From Eledone cirrhosa (Eukaryota), in the NCBI GenBank assembly GCA_964016885.1, contig OZ024742.1, positions 38,006,001 to 38,070,000 of the forward strand: a DNA stretch of 64,000 bases, given 5' to 3'. The notes below the pieces were generated by a model. It saw only the letters and a program-made list of their open reading frames with translations. It was not told the origin of the DNA and did no database searches. Both the position numbers and the translations under genes were made by a program. The stretch's first letter is position 1; each line of letters starts with the position of its first letter. Shown here in pieces: positions 12,201-26,157 of this stretch.

Positions 12201-13479
12201 TTATATATATATATATAACATTTTCAAATGTATTCCTTATAGAAATGTTATGTTAATAGGAAGGATGAAAAAGAATATGACAGAGAAATAAGTGAGAGAA
12301 TAAAGTGCTTAAAAAAAATTGCTGATTTATGTTTATTTCCCTTAGTTTATTATAGGCAAACATTTTAAAAGAAGCGAACAAAATGAAGTCAATTAGTCTT
12401 GTTACTTGCAAGTAAACAACACTTACTGACTTCAAAGGAAAAACAAGAGATTTTAACAAAAGGTAATTTATGTAATTCTTTCAATTACTTCAAATTAAAT
12501 GTTTGTGAGATTCCTAAAAAATAATTGTTTTCTTACAAGAAAATGTGGACATTAGATAGCCAAAAAAAAATGTGTCAGACATTTGTTCAGAGTTCATATA
12601 CTGCTTAGGTCAACATTGCCTTTCATCTTTCCAGGGTCTATAAAACAAAGTGCTCGTCACGTACTGGAGATCAATGTAATCAACTTCCCCCTCACACTCC
12701 CACAAATTGTTGACTAATTTGTGCCTAAATTAGAAATCTAATTCTGTAGAGCTCAACTTGGTTTTTCATCCTTCTGGGTTGATAAAATAAAGTACCTGTC
12801 TGGAACTGAGATCAATATAATCAATTTTCCCCTCTAAAATTTCTGGTCTTGTGCATGTTAGAAACCATTATTATTAATATTATTAATAAATAAATAAAGA
12901 ATTATTATTATTATTATTATTTATTTTCCTTGGAGAGGATATCTGTTTTAATCCAATCTATCTAATAGTAATGTTGACATTCATCATCATCATTTTTTTT
13001 TATAGTATTTTTTTTTCCATTAGAGACTGATCTTTGCACAGTGAACCACAAGACATATTGTTTATGTAGTGCATAAACATCTGTTACTACATGTGCAAAC
13101 AGTGTCAAATAGATAGCAAAACCTAGACTCACACGCACACACATAAGTATACAGTTTCAGTCAGCCAAATTCACTCACAAGGCCTTGACTATAGTATTTT
13201 TTTTTTAAATAATAATAAAAATTTTTTTAAAAACTTACTAAAGATGCCAGGTGGTAGGATAAAACACAAGAAGCAAACTTTTTAATCACAGAGTCATGCT
13301 TAATATACATAAATCTATTCTTTGGATAAGCCTACAGAGATACTTAATTGCTTGATATTTCAGAAATAAAAAAATTAAAATTACCTGCTATTTCTAGCAA
13401 GTCAACCTTGAAGAGCTCCTGTGTGAGTAAGCAACAGTTTTTTTGTTGTTTTTTTAGTGAGCTGGTCCTTCACATTATT

Positions 13480-13706
13480 AGCCCTTTAAGCATTAAAACC
13501 CGCCATATCAGGCCAGAATTCTCTCACCTCTTTCTGTTCAAACCAGCCATATCTGGCTGTTCATACTGATGTTAAGGTATTGTTCTCAAAATAAATAACA
13601 TCGAAATCTTGTAGATTCAATATTATGTGAGATAATTATGTGAGATAAAGACTTTACCACAAAAATACAATAGTATATATAGAGTAATGTAAATGCTAAA
13701 AGGTAA
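13480..13706. mobile_element. piggyBac-like MITE family B
   Basis: ccctttaagcattaaaacc ... aaatgctaaaaggtaa; homologous to 52207-52434. Confidence 0.82.
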
Positions 13707-15182
13707 CACTTATTTATGGCAGCAGCAGTCAGTTGTCAGTCACTCAGTACAGATAATTTCCAGAATGTATACATATAAACCTGCCAACTTCTAAAAACTC
13801 AAATGGGGAGGACCATAAAAAAAGTAATCCAAAGGGGAGGAGGAGAAATGAGACAAAATGGGGAAATTTTACATAATGAAAGCTATACCCATTTTCACAA
13901 GAGAAGATATCCCTCACCCACCCCAAAGTGAGTGTGAGATCTCCCTGTCGGATGGGGAGAGTTGACAGGTCTGATAATATAAAAATAGTGTATAGCAGTA
14001 TGAGTACACTCCTCAGATTCCTCACCAGAGTAAAACTTACTCTAGTGATACAAATGAAAGAACTGAATTTGCAACATCCCATATGTTTGGAAAAAGTCTT
14101 GCAAAGAGTAAAGTGAATGATCTCTAAGAGTTAGAATAAATAAACACCATAAAGTTCAAATGAAAGCAAATATCAAAAGGATGGTTGAACACATATGATA
14201 TAGGGAAGAAAACCATACATAGTAATGGAATATCATATTAATTATGAAAAGAGTACCGTAGTAGAGAATAGGAAAAAAAAAAATCAAAGAGATGGTACCA
14301 ATAAGTATTTTATTGATAATATAATCAGTAAGTTAAGTACTTATTTCAGTACAATTTGGTAGTTGTTACTCTTTTATTCTTTTTACTGGTTTCAGTTATT
14401 AGACTGTAATCATGCTGAGGTACCACCTTGACTTAACTGATTATATCAACCCTAGTACTTATTTTATTGATATCAGTTTTGTCAAACACAGGCACAAACA
14501 AAGGTAAAAAAAACATCACATTCATATATATCATCACCGTTTTACATTCATTCTTCTACGCTAGCATGGGTTATATATATATATATATATATATATCATT
14601 AAATCTAGTCAGTAATATACATTACATCTCAATGAATAATATCATCATCATCATCGTTTAACATCTATATTCCACGCTAGCATGAGTTAAACGGGTTTGT
14701 CCCACTTGAGGCAAGATTGGTCGGGTGACTGTGTCTCGCTCATATAGAACTGTTTCTGGATGATTTTCTATGGCTGGATGCCCTTCCTAATGCCAACCAC
14801 ATTTACAGTGTGGACTGGGAGCTTTTTGTTGTGACACCTACACAACCACTTTACAGTGTGGATTGGATGTTCACTTAGACTATAATTCAGAGAAGCTTAT
14901 AAATACAAATACTGATCTATCTCAAATAAGGCTCAGAATTAACTATAGGGAAGATCACATTAGAGTACCTTAAAATAAAGGAACCCCATACGTGTATCCT
15001 CCCAGAGGCAAAAATTCATTGTTAAGCAATCTAAATACCTAAGGCTTAACAGATTTTTTTTCCCTTCTAACTGCAGTTTCACAGGCTAAAATCGCAGAAT
15101 TTATCTATCTTAATTAATTAGGACAGACAACTTCGGCCAGAAACTATCTCTCTCTTTCTCTCTCTATATATACATATATATA

Positions 15183-15683
15183 GCCAAGCGCATACCCTCC
15201 ATCAGGCATCTACCATACTCTGAATGACTTGCTTCCCTGGGCATGGATACATTGAAACTCCGACGTCTGGCAACTGACTTGGTAAACACCCACAAAATTA
15301 TTAACCATCTTGCCAACAACAACCCTGAGTACCTTTTTGATTTCCATGTGTCTAACACACGTGGGCATGCCCACAAAGTCAGAAAACAGCACAGTTCCCA
15401 TGACTTTCGGAAACATTTTTTCACGCTCAGAGTTGCTGAAGCATGGAACAAACTACCTGCATCAGTCATTTGCTGTTGAGACACTGCATCCTTTAAAACC
15501 TCCAAGCTTCCTGAGATTCGCTAACACTACACCTAATATTCCCCCGCCATACACATACACACATGTATATCATGACTCATACACTATTCACTTCCCTGAC
15601 ATTTGTATATTATTCTATACATGCACCTTTGACGAGTTGTAGTGCACCTGAGCACTTTACACAATAATTTCATTATTATTATT
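15183..15683 (+). mobile_element. CR1 LINE 3' fragment
   Basis: MDTLKLRRLATDLVN...TRGHAHKVRKQHSSHDFRKHFFTLRVAEAWNKLP, same 3' UTR, (ATT)n tail. Confidence 0.92.
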
Positions 15684-16309
15684 ATATACACATATACAAT
15701 GGGCTTCTGCAGTTTCCATCCACAAAATTTCAATTACAAAGTATTGGCCAGCTTGAAATTATATCAGAAATTGCCTAAGGTGTTGCACAATAAAAATGAA
15801 CCCAAAAGTGCATGGGTGTGAACCAAACTCCTTTAATCACACAGTCATGCCCGCATCTATTGATTTACAATTAAACTTTAAAATATCTTTAAAATTGCAC
15901 CAGTTACTCATGACACACATGGCTTAGTAGATTGACGCTTTGGCTACTGTATTTCTAAAAAAAGACACTGCTATGATTTTAAATAATTTTTTTAAATAAT
16001 CAAAAATTTCGAGGGATTTAAGGTAATTAATAATTAACTCTCTCATCATTTATCTAGTGTTTTGAGTATATCTTAACAAATACTCTTACATAAAATTATA
16101 ATGGAAGGTTTTTAAAATAAATACAAACACTTTAAAATAAAGTTCTGTATCATAGAACCAGTGGTTGTTCAGGCAATTTGATATCAAAATGGTTAATAAA
16201 CTTTATTTAGAAATAAAAGTTCTGTTTGAATCTTTCATGAGGCAATGTTCAGGAATTTACAATACATAGATGGATTAATTTCAATGGCAGTTAAGCCTAC
16301 ATATTAAAA

Positions 16310-16780
16310 CCACATTAAAATGCACCCAGTTCACTCTGTAAAGGGGTAATGCTAGTGCCATGATACAATACACCCAGTATACTCTGCAAAGTGTTAGGGC
16401 TGGTGTCAGGATAAAGTGCATCAACTATACTCTGTAAAGAAGCAATGCTGTATCATGATAAAATGCACCCAGTACACATTGTAGAGTGCTAGTGTTGATA
16501 TCATGATATAAAGCACTCTGTAAAGAGGTAGTGCTGATGTTACAATAAAATGTACCCAGTACATGCTGTAAAGTGGTAGTGCTGGTTATATGCTAAAATG
16601 CACCCAGTTCATGCTGTAAAGTGGTTGATATTAGCAAAGACACCAAGCTGTAGAAACCATGCCAAAATGAAATATATGAACACAATGTGGTCATCTGACC
16701 TGTCATAGTCTCAAAACACAACAACCCATCCAACCCATGCCAGCATGGAAAAACATAGGTAAAAGAATGATGATGATGAT
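16310..16780 (+). repeat. RTE-3'UTR-derived element with an expanded tandem array (about 8 units of about 40 nt)
   Basis: Repeated aaatgcacccagtacactctgtaaag...gtgctg unit, then caacccatgccagcatggaaaa and (GAT)n. Confidence 0.82.
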
Positions 16781-18661
16781 TTTGAATCTTTGTTCTTGCT
16801 CTTTATTTTCTTCCCCTATCCTCAACCTCAATACAGCATCTCTGTTTTTTATCAAAACTTAAAAACACAGACAAATAAATTGATAGAATCTTTTTACAGC
16901 AAATTTAGAATAGCAATTTCTTTATTTTACCCCCCCCCCCCTCCCCCCTAGTCTGAGACTGCTAGATAGTTTATCTTCAGAGTACATTAAGATATTTTCA
17001 GTGAGAATATAAGGAAACTGACAGAACACAATACTATTCCTGAATTGATTTCCTTAGTATTTGGAGATGAGTGTGTAGAGGTGATTTGATTCCTCTAAGT
17101 TTCAAGTTCATTGGAGTAGATAAAAATCTTTAACGCTCAATAATGTATGATACTAGCAAAGTACTTTCCATCTTTCATCTTTCTAAGCTTCCCCCACCTA
17201 TCACATTTAATTTATTTCTCTTTACCATACATACATACGTGCACACACATATATATTACAAACATACATAAACATACCAACCTACATACATACATGCATA
17301 CACACATACATACATACATACATGCATACACACATACAGACACACACACATATGCATACACTGACACATTACATACACAAATATATACAGACACATAACA
17401 GACATGCATGTGCAGATATCTACAAATGCACATATACTCAAACCAGCCATGACAACTCTTTAGCATTTGGAAGCTAAATATATGCAAAAATAAGTCAAAA
17501 GTAAAAAAAAAAAAAAAGAGGGAAAATTCTTTTAAATCTTCAAAGTAAATCAAATTTTTGTATACAAGTAAGACAAAATTAAGTTTGCCATTTTTTAGGA
17601 GGAGGGGGGATAATTCTACCCAAGATGAAATAAAATGGCCCAACTGCTTAGATTGAATTCATTCCCTGATAAAGAACAAGTGAAAAAAATGGCAAAAAGA
17701 ACCCTCTGAGATACTTTATAACTAGCATCATATAAAGCAAAAAATAAATAATAAATAAATAATCCCCCACAAATTCTCTCTTTTTCGCTGTAATTTGCAA
17801 CTTAAATTTTATCCTTTTTTTTATTTCTTCATTTATTATCTATTATTTGAATATTTTTACTTTTACTTGGTCACCTTTCTTTTTTCTGAAAAATGGATGG
17901 AAGCTATCCTTATGAAAGAAGAATTAGAGTGCCATTAAAGTACTTGGTTAATCATTTCAGTGATTTTAGCATTCTCATTTTTTTTATTTGTTATTTTTAC
18001 TGGCAGTTTTTCTGTTTCAAGAGAATCACTATCAGATCTTTGCTTCAGAAGGTTGTGATTATATAATTGAATTTAATGAAAAAATATTACTACTAATACT
18101 TTCTTCTTTACAGAACAGTAACTGACAAAATATCTGCTCTTAGGCTCCACATTCTGACAACAATTTGATATCTTCCATTTATATGATATTATGACTCATA
18201 AAAAACAGCAACAGACAAGCAAAGCAATGAGATGATTTTCCTATTTTGTTACTTCAAGTGTTCAATGCAATAGCTAAATTTCTCTCAGCTAAACTATTTA
18301 TCATCTGTAAATTGCTGCCTATGTTTTATATCTAAAATCTTAGGATAGCATGTCTAGAATAAAAAAAAACAAAAAAACGATTGGTCGCAATTTCAAGGCT
18401 ACTCAGACAACAAAGTTATAACTGAACTGACATGTCCAACAAATCTGCATATTTGGACTGCTGTAAATTGTAGATAGTTCTCGTCTTCAGTTAAGTATTT
18501 TTTGCTTGCATAGAGTTGACTAGAGATGTTTAACAACACTACCACCACTAACAAAAATATGCAAATAATGTCTTAACCCTTTTGGTACCCTATTTCTCAT
18601 GATTGACACTGCCTATGAATTTCAGATAATTTTGAAAATCATCAAGAATTTGAAGAGACTT

Positions 18662-18845
18662 AATAATTGTTTCTACTTTTGGCACAAGGCCAGCAATTAT
18701 CCCAGTGCATTACTGGTACTTTATTTTATCGACCCCGTAAGGATGAAAGGCAAAGTTAACCTCGGCGGGATTTGAACTCAGATCATAAAGGGAGGTAACT
18801 CTATGCTTCAAAGCATGGCGCCCGACCCTCAACCAATATTGCTAA
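18662..18845 (-). mobile_element. Deu/Nin-like SINE nested in a piggyBac-like MITE (18574-18990)
   Basis: SINE interrupts the MITE after gaagagact; MITE resumes and ends atcaaaagagttaa. Confidence 0.85.
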
Positions 18846-19481
18846 TCTTAATATTATGAGTAACTTTTTAATAATAAAGTTTGGAGCATAAATTCATATT
18901 ATAATGGAAGGGTTTTAGATAAATATAAAGACTTTAAAATGAACAGTTTTTATCATATAACCAGAAGTAGTTAAATATCAAAAGAGTTAAATATCCAAAA
19001 ATATAGAGATACATAAGTACACCGTATTCTTGCATGAGGTGATGTCACCAGGAAGGGCATCAGGCTGTACAACATTGCCTCAATAATAGGTATGATTAAG
19101 CCTACTTTATCAAGGAAAATAGCCTTAAAATGCTTGTGTTGTTTGTTAATAAAACTATATCAATAATATCCTGATTAATTCAATTAACAATACAACAAAA
19201 AATAGGTTGTGTGCCTACAAAACCAATTGATATTATGAATAGTATATTATACTAATACTTCCATATCAAATGAAGAATATTGTAATTTCAAGTTCATTAA
19301 CCCTTTTGTGACCATATTTCCAATGAAACATATCTATGTTTTCATTAATTTTTGAAATAACCAAGAATTTAGAGGGGCTTAGTAAAATAACTAATTTCTC
19401 AATTATGAAGCTGCTGTTGGGCATATAACATAATAGAAAATTCTTGCATAAAAGTTTGAGAACAGGTTTAAATTTTAAAAT

Positions 19482-19641
19482 TACACCTGATACCCCCTCC
19501 ATACACAAGCACACATGTATACCATGACTCATACACTGTTCACTTTTCTGACATTTGTACATTATTCTATGTACTATATACATGCACCTTTGATGAGTTG
19601 TAGTGCACCTGAGCACTGTACACAATCATTTTATTATTATT
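19482..19641 (+). mobile_element. CR1 3' UTR fragment nested in a piggyBac-like MITE
   Basis: Matches the CR1 3' UTR and tail; MITE sequence resumes on both sides. Confidence 0.85.
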
Positions 19642-21679
19642 TAATGGACAGTTTTGTATTGGATGAGTTAGTATGAAAAGGGTTAATTTTTCATATACAA
19701 ACAAATCTTGTAATTCACAATGAAAATCAGTGATGAAAATCAGTGATGAAAATGGGTTTTATTAACTCTAGACATGTTAAGGTGTGTGAGGCTGAGGGCA
19801 AAGACAGGATAGATACTATACTCCCTCCCCACAAAAAACTGAAAAACAGGACACTCTTTCCCTCTGTGTACCCCAACTCTCATTTCCAACACTGGTGTAG
19901 ATAAACAGTAAGTTTGCCAAAGTTGTACTTCACAGGCTGACAAAGCAGATGATACTGTCAGATAACATGTGTAAAAATTAATTGCAACAAGTGCAACAGC
20001 TGTTAAATATACAGAAAATATAACAAAATCTTGATAGAACATTTATCAAATTTTCATCAGATGATACAATTTGGAAGTTCCTGTTAAAGACCAGATATGA
20101 GTGGGTTATAAACACTTTTGAGTTCTTTTCCTATATATTTTCTAACAAATATGTAATCTTCTACAAGAATCATTCAGCTTGATAAGGCATATTATTTGTT
20201 TCTATTATTTTAAATAAAATGTTGAAATCACATACTGTATGCCTTAACCACCCAAATCTGCTCTTGTGTTTGTATTTATCTAAAATCCTTCTATCATAAT
20301 TTAATGTAAGAACTTTGTTAACATGTGTCCTAAATACCAGCTTAATAATAAGAAAGTTAGCTATATTAATAAATCCTTCAAATTCTTGATTATTTCCAAA
20401 GTGATTTGAAAATCATAGATAGTGCCTTCCATTAGAAATATAGTAATGAAAGAGTTAATTTGAAGAAAGAACATCAACATAATTGCAATGACTACTGAGG
20501 AAGGCAGGCATAAATGACAAGATTAATAAAACCTAATTTTCATCATCTATATGTTCTATCTGAGACAAGTCATACAAATACATGTATATTGTGTGTTATA
20601 GAAAATATTGTTTTTCAAATAACTTTTGTAATTGAGAACAAATTTTCTTTTTATCAAGAGCAAATATATCCAACTGGAAGTATGTTTACAATTCCTAGCT
20701 CAAATCCAGCAATGTATCTACTTTTGTGATGATGGCTCCCCTGTTGGTTTTGACAATGAGAATTATTAACGTGTAAATAATGGTATTTATTCTACAGACA
20801 TATGTACCTGCAATGTATTTCACAAACTGAATCAAACTAATAAAATATGTGACAAAGCTGAACCTTTCAATTATAAGTTTATAGTGACAATCCATCTGAT
20901 GATCTTCCAAACAGTATCTGACCCAATTTCATTTACAAGGTTTGGGTCAACCTTGGGCTATAGTAAAAATTCTTCCCCAGGATGCCACGAAGTGAGATCA
21001 AACCCAGAACCTCATGACTATAAAGCAAACTTTTTAACCACTCAGCCATAACTGTGTCCATCTACCTTTACTGATGGATTATAAATAACTGTTACATATC
21101 AACCCCAGTGCTTTACTGATAATTTATTTTATTGACCCAGTAAGGATGAAATAATAACAATGATAATGGTTTATTTGGAGTCAGATTTTTCTTTCTTATA
21201 AAAGTTAATATGCAAGGGTTAAGTATGTGTGACATCCGAACGAGTATCCTCCACCTCCTAGCAGAATTGTTGAAAGCGTAAACAATATTTATATGATACA
21301 TGTAACCATATCATTCACAGTTTTTATGAGTACAAACATCAGAAATGAGTACTAAAATCAGAAATGATTACAGCATCCAAAGAACAGTATCAGCTATAAC
21401 AGATATTGATCTATATCTCTAGATTCTCAATCTTGAATTGAATCATACTGTAAATAGAAATTTTGTGACGGTTATAAGCTACTTGAAAATCCTTTTAACT
21501 CCATTTATTAAAAAAATGTGTTATATATATATATGCACTCGTTCCTTTCATTTTTCCCTTCTTTTTCAGTTGATGCACTTTGGTTTGTAGCATTTTTTTT
21601 TTATAGATAAATACAGTAACCTAGGGATTGAACTTGCAACCAGCAGGTAAACTAGCGCACTTAACCACAAAATATTATA

Positions 21680-21982
21680 AGAGAAACACTGGATCTAAGA
21701 GGAATCAGATAAAGTGTGCAAGGGAGGAAACTGTGCTAGACCATACATGTAATGCATATGGAGAATGATAGTTGGGTAAAGATGTGCCAATAAATCCAAG
21801 TAGAAGGAACTTGTAGGAGGATAAAACATGGGCAACATGTTGAACACTTATCTCAGGATGTTGAAACTCACAAAGACAGATGACAAAAAATAAGTGGCAA
21901 TGGCGAGTGGTAAGACACTAACATGACCTATCCAACCCACACAAGCATGGAAAACTGAATGAAATGATGATGATGATGATGA
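21680..21982 (+). mobile_element. Decayed RTE 3' end with (GAT)n tail
   Basis: Parallels the last codons of the RTE ORF, then ccaacccacacaagcatggaaaa...gatgatgat. A similar relic lies at 44010-44300. Confidence 0.65.
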
Positions 21983-22179
21983 TATATAAGGGGGACAAAT
22001 TAGTACTGTTGTAAAGGGGCCAGCTGAAATGCATTGAGTTCAACTGCTAAATAATCTAAGTGAGAAAAATATATAGTGGATCAATATTTAACTCCAGGAT
22101 TATAGAGAGCAGCAATTCAAATTTTCTACTTCAGCAAAGTATTCACAGCAATGCTTATATATTTTCTTTCATGAAAAAA

Positions 22180-22268
22180 GAAAAAAATGTTTATAAGCAT
22201 GGAAAAATGTTTATAAGCATGAAAAAAATGTTTATAAGCATGAAAAAATGTTTATAAGCATGGAAAAA
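22180..22268. repeat. Minisatellite, about 20-bp unit x4
   Basis: gaaaaa(a)tgtttataagcat repeated four times. Confidence 0.9.
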
Positions 22269-24309
22269 TATACTGAATTAACAGTTGATCAATGATGCTG
22301 CTTATTACATCAGCACATATTTGTCTGAATAACAAGTGTATATCTGTACGTATTTTTACTCTTTATTAGATATTAAAATCCAATATATTTTAAAGCCTGC
22401 TGTGGGAAAAAAAAAATTTTTCAGGCTAGAAAATACATACATTTGCCACATCTAACTCGGTGTTCATCGCAACAGTTCTATTTTGTCTCTTCTTACAAAC
22501 TAATATTAAACATACCATATTGGATAATACAATTATATTAGTAAATATTGAATCAATAGACATTCAATAATTTTTCTTCCACTATAAACAATCAGATGGT
22601 GTGTAAGATAAAACTTTTATGAATCATCTTGTGATATGTTACTAGCAGATTATACAAAAGCTGGCTTCATAACTACCCTGAGATAGGAGTATGGTATTTA
22701 CAGAAATTTTAATAAAATAGGAAAATAATGCACACAAAATCTTTAATGTTCTTCAACAATAACAACAACAAATATGTTTCACTTCAGCCTATATAGTGGT
22801 TGATATTTTCTGATGGGATGAAAGTGTTACACTTCAAAGAAATAAAACTGAAGAACTTAAATGCATGCAAGTATCTGCTTAAATAACTGGAAATAGCAGT
22901 TTTCTAATCAGATGTTGAGAGTGTTGTTTGTTCCATTAAGCCAAATGTGTGATACCTAAGTATCTAAACATTTTGTGTATCTCAGCTCCCCACCGCCAGT
23001 TGTTAACATCCAAAATTGCAAAAGAAGCATCATCTAAACTCCATACTCTAAAGAGTGAAATGAAGAACAAATATATAAGCCAGTTAATAAAATGCTACTT
23101 TGAAAAATGAAATAAATATTTACATCTCACAAACTCCCAACTTCTATGAAGTAAAATATATTTATTTACAAGAAACATAAGAGATTGGTTTAATTCATTG
23201 AAAATAATCCAGAATCTGGAGAAGTTTATTAATATAACTTTCTCATTATCAACTGAGTGTTTAAAACATAACAAACATTCATACATAAAATTATGACAGG
23301 TTTTTAGATAAATATAAACACTTTAGAATAAAGAGATTTGTAGTAAAACTAGGGGCAGTTTCATTTAGTTTAGTATCAAAAGAGTTAAGAAATGTCAAAG
23401 AGCAATGAAAGATCATTATGATACAAGATGTGTTGTTCTTCCTTCATATTCTAAAACTGTAAACTTGATTTCCCCTGTAGGAAGAGTGGATAATATATTA
23501 TCAGTCTCCTATCGTATATCATTAAGTATCCTTTGTTGGTTGAAAACCTCATTATCATCATCATCATTTAACATCTATTTTCCATGCTAGCATGGGTTAG
23601 ATGGGTTGTCCCATTTGAGGCAAGTCAGGTCAGGTGACAGTCTTGCTCATATAGAACTGTTTCTGGCTTGGTTTTTATGACTGGATGCCCTTCCTAATGC
23701 CAACCACATTTACAGTGTGTGCTGGGTGCTCTTTGTCATGAAACCTACACAACCACTTTACAGTGTGGACTGGGTACCTTTTATTGTGGCAACGTAACAA
23801 CCACTTTCCAGTGTCTCATATGCACATTCACACATTCATCAATTATACTGTACAAAAAAAACTCCAAAGAAAACACACCACTGTATTTCAAGGAGTTTGT
23901 TCAGCATTTATCACCAGATTACACACACACATGCACACACACATACATACACACATATATAAAGTGATATTTATTAAATATCACTTAAATATGAAAAAGT
24001 TTGAGGTTAAGTATCATATTAATTCATCTGCCCAATGAAACCATAGACTCATTTGATAACAGAATTGGAATCCTGCCTAAAATACATTTTGGGTACAAGA
24101 AAAGGTTAGCACAAAATGGTGAATATAGAAAGAGTGTTTTACAAAAGAAAGAGTGTTTTACAAAAAAAAAAAACAAGGAGAGCAATCTAAAAAATATTTT
24201 TAACAACATTGACAATAATTCTTGTATAAAAAAAAAAATTAAGGCATATAACACTATTAAGCTTTTTCTTACTATATTTCTAATGAAAGACACTGTCTAT
24301 GATTTTCAA

Positions 24310-24880
24310 TAGGACGACATCAAATGCAGGTTTTCCTTCAGGCAGATCGAGTCTGTTGGTCGTTGACAAGTTCGGCCTGCACCCACTGTCTTGCCACCAG
24401 AGTGTGGGCTGGTTCCCCCAACATGCTACTCTCAATGATATATTGAGAAGGAGCCTGGACACAGCTGGCTTCCCATCACAACTGGAACCATCAGGCCTCA
24501 TCCACGGAGATGGCAAGCACCCCGACGGAATTACACTCGTCTCTTTGAAGGAGGTAGATCCCTCATCTGGGAGGCCACATGTTGCAACACGTTCTGCACC
24601 TCAAACATAGTCACTTCAGTCACAAACCCCGGTACCACAGCCTGCAAGCAAAGGAAAGGAAGACCAACAAATACCAGGGATTGTCCGTCTGTTACCTCTT
24701 CACACCAGTCGCTGTCGAGACCATTGTCTGCAGGGCGCAGCCCCAACATTGTCGTGCCCTAGGCCTAGAGCCAATCGCCCTCCCTCTTTCCCCTCCCATT
24801 TTTCTGTGACCCTAGAACCCTTGCTCTTCTCTTCATTTTCCATTTTTAAATATCTGTAGTGTTGTTGTTATTTGAAATAG
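24310..24880 (+). mobile_element. CRE-like non-LTR element 3' fragment inserted in a MITE
   Basis: DKFGLHPLSC...HATLNDILRRSL...LEPSGL...DGKHPDG...W.ATC...KTNKY...PVAVET: zinc knuckle plus PD-(D/E)xK-type endonuclease. Confidence 0.75.
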
Positions 24881-26049
24881 ATTTGTTTACGATTGGTTTT
24901 TTTTTTTTTATTAATAAAACATTTTTATAATTTTGAAAATAATCAAGAATTTGGAAAGATTTACTAATATAACTTTCTCATTATTTTGTTGTATTCTGAA
25001 ATATAATTTAACATAGGCTCTTACCTAAAATTATGAAGGAAAATTTTTAGATAAATATAATCATTTAAAAATAAACAGTTGTGTATCATAAAACCAAAGG
25101 TTTCAAGTGGTCTGATATCAAAAGTGTCAAATACAGTAAGTATTGCAAATAAAGTAAAGTGAGAGTTGAACAAGCAACCCCCCCCCCCCCCCCCCAATTA
25201 GATTTATTTGTTCATCAATTTAGTATTTTATTCATGTTTATTTGCACCATTATTGTGTCCTATAATAATTCCAAATAAAATGTGCAAAATCTACTTTACT
25301 TTATTTTAACTTTTAATGCCCTGTACCAATTAAAACTACATTAACAAGACTGTCTTAAATAGTACAAAACAGCACTATGACTGCATCACATAACAATTGA
25401 AATTTCTACTTTAGTTTACTTCACTGTCCACTAGTAAAGATTTTATAAACATTTGAATTAGCAAACATCTTTTTAGATATTATCTGCTAAATCATTACTG
25501 GGCATTAAGAGTTAGATAAATAGAAGTTGTGACCAACAAATAGTATCAATGGAAAGACCAATAGACACATAGTTCCTTTCATCTGATTTGGAGGATTGGC
25601 CTCTTTCTTTAAATAGATAACATTAATCAGATGGGCGATAGTATATAGGAACAATTCATCAATTTTTTAGGATTTTAATAAATATGAGATATGTTATTAT
25701 TTAAACAAACCAACATTTAGATATCACAATAATAGCAGATGTGAGAAAATGAGAAATACCCACAAGCTGAAATGTCAAATAGTTTGCAGTATTTTATATA
25801 ATTTACTATCTAACATAAAACATAAAAATATAATATATAATTAAAAAAAAAAAAAAATCCATTGCTATAAGCTAAAATATCTGACCTTTCAAATTATGCC
25901 TGGTTATATACAAATCTCATTTAAATTTATACATTTTAATATAATACCTCTGTTCGAATTAAATTATTTTTTTTTACATTATAAACAAAAAATTAGTTAT
26001 TCTCTCTTTTAATAACATTATAATTCCAAGTTCAATTGGCTACAACACA

Positions 26050-26157
<108 letters not shown>

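Noticed and set aside
16310-16630. CRISPR-like periodic array (also 22180-22268)
   Set aside because: Units are contiguous degenerate tandem repeats with no unique spacers and no cas genes; the context is eukaryotic.
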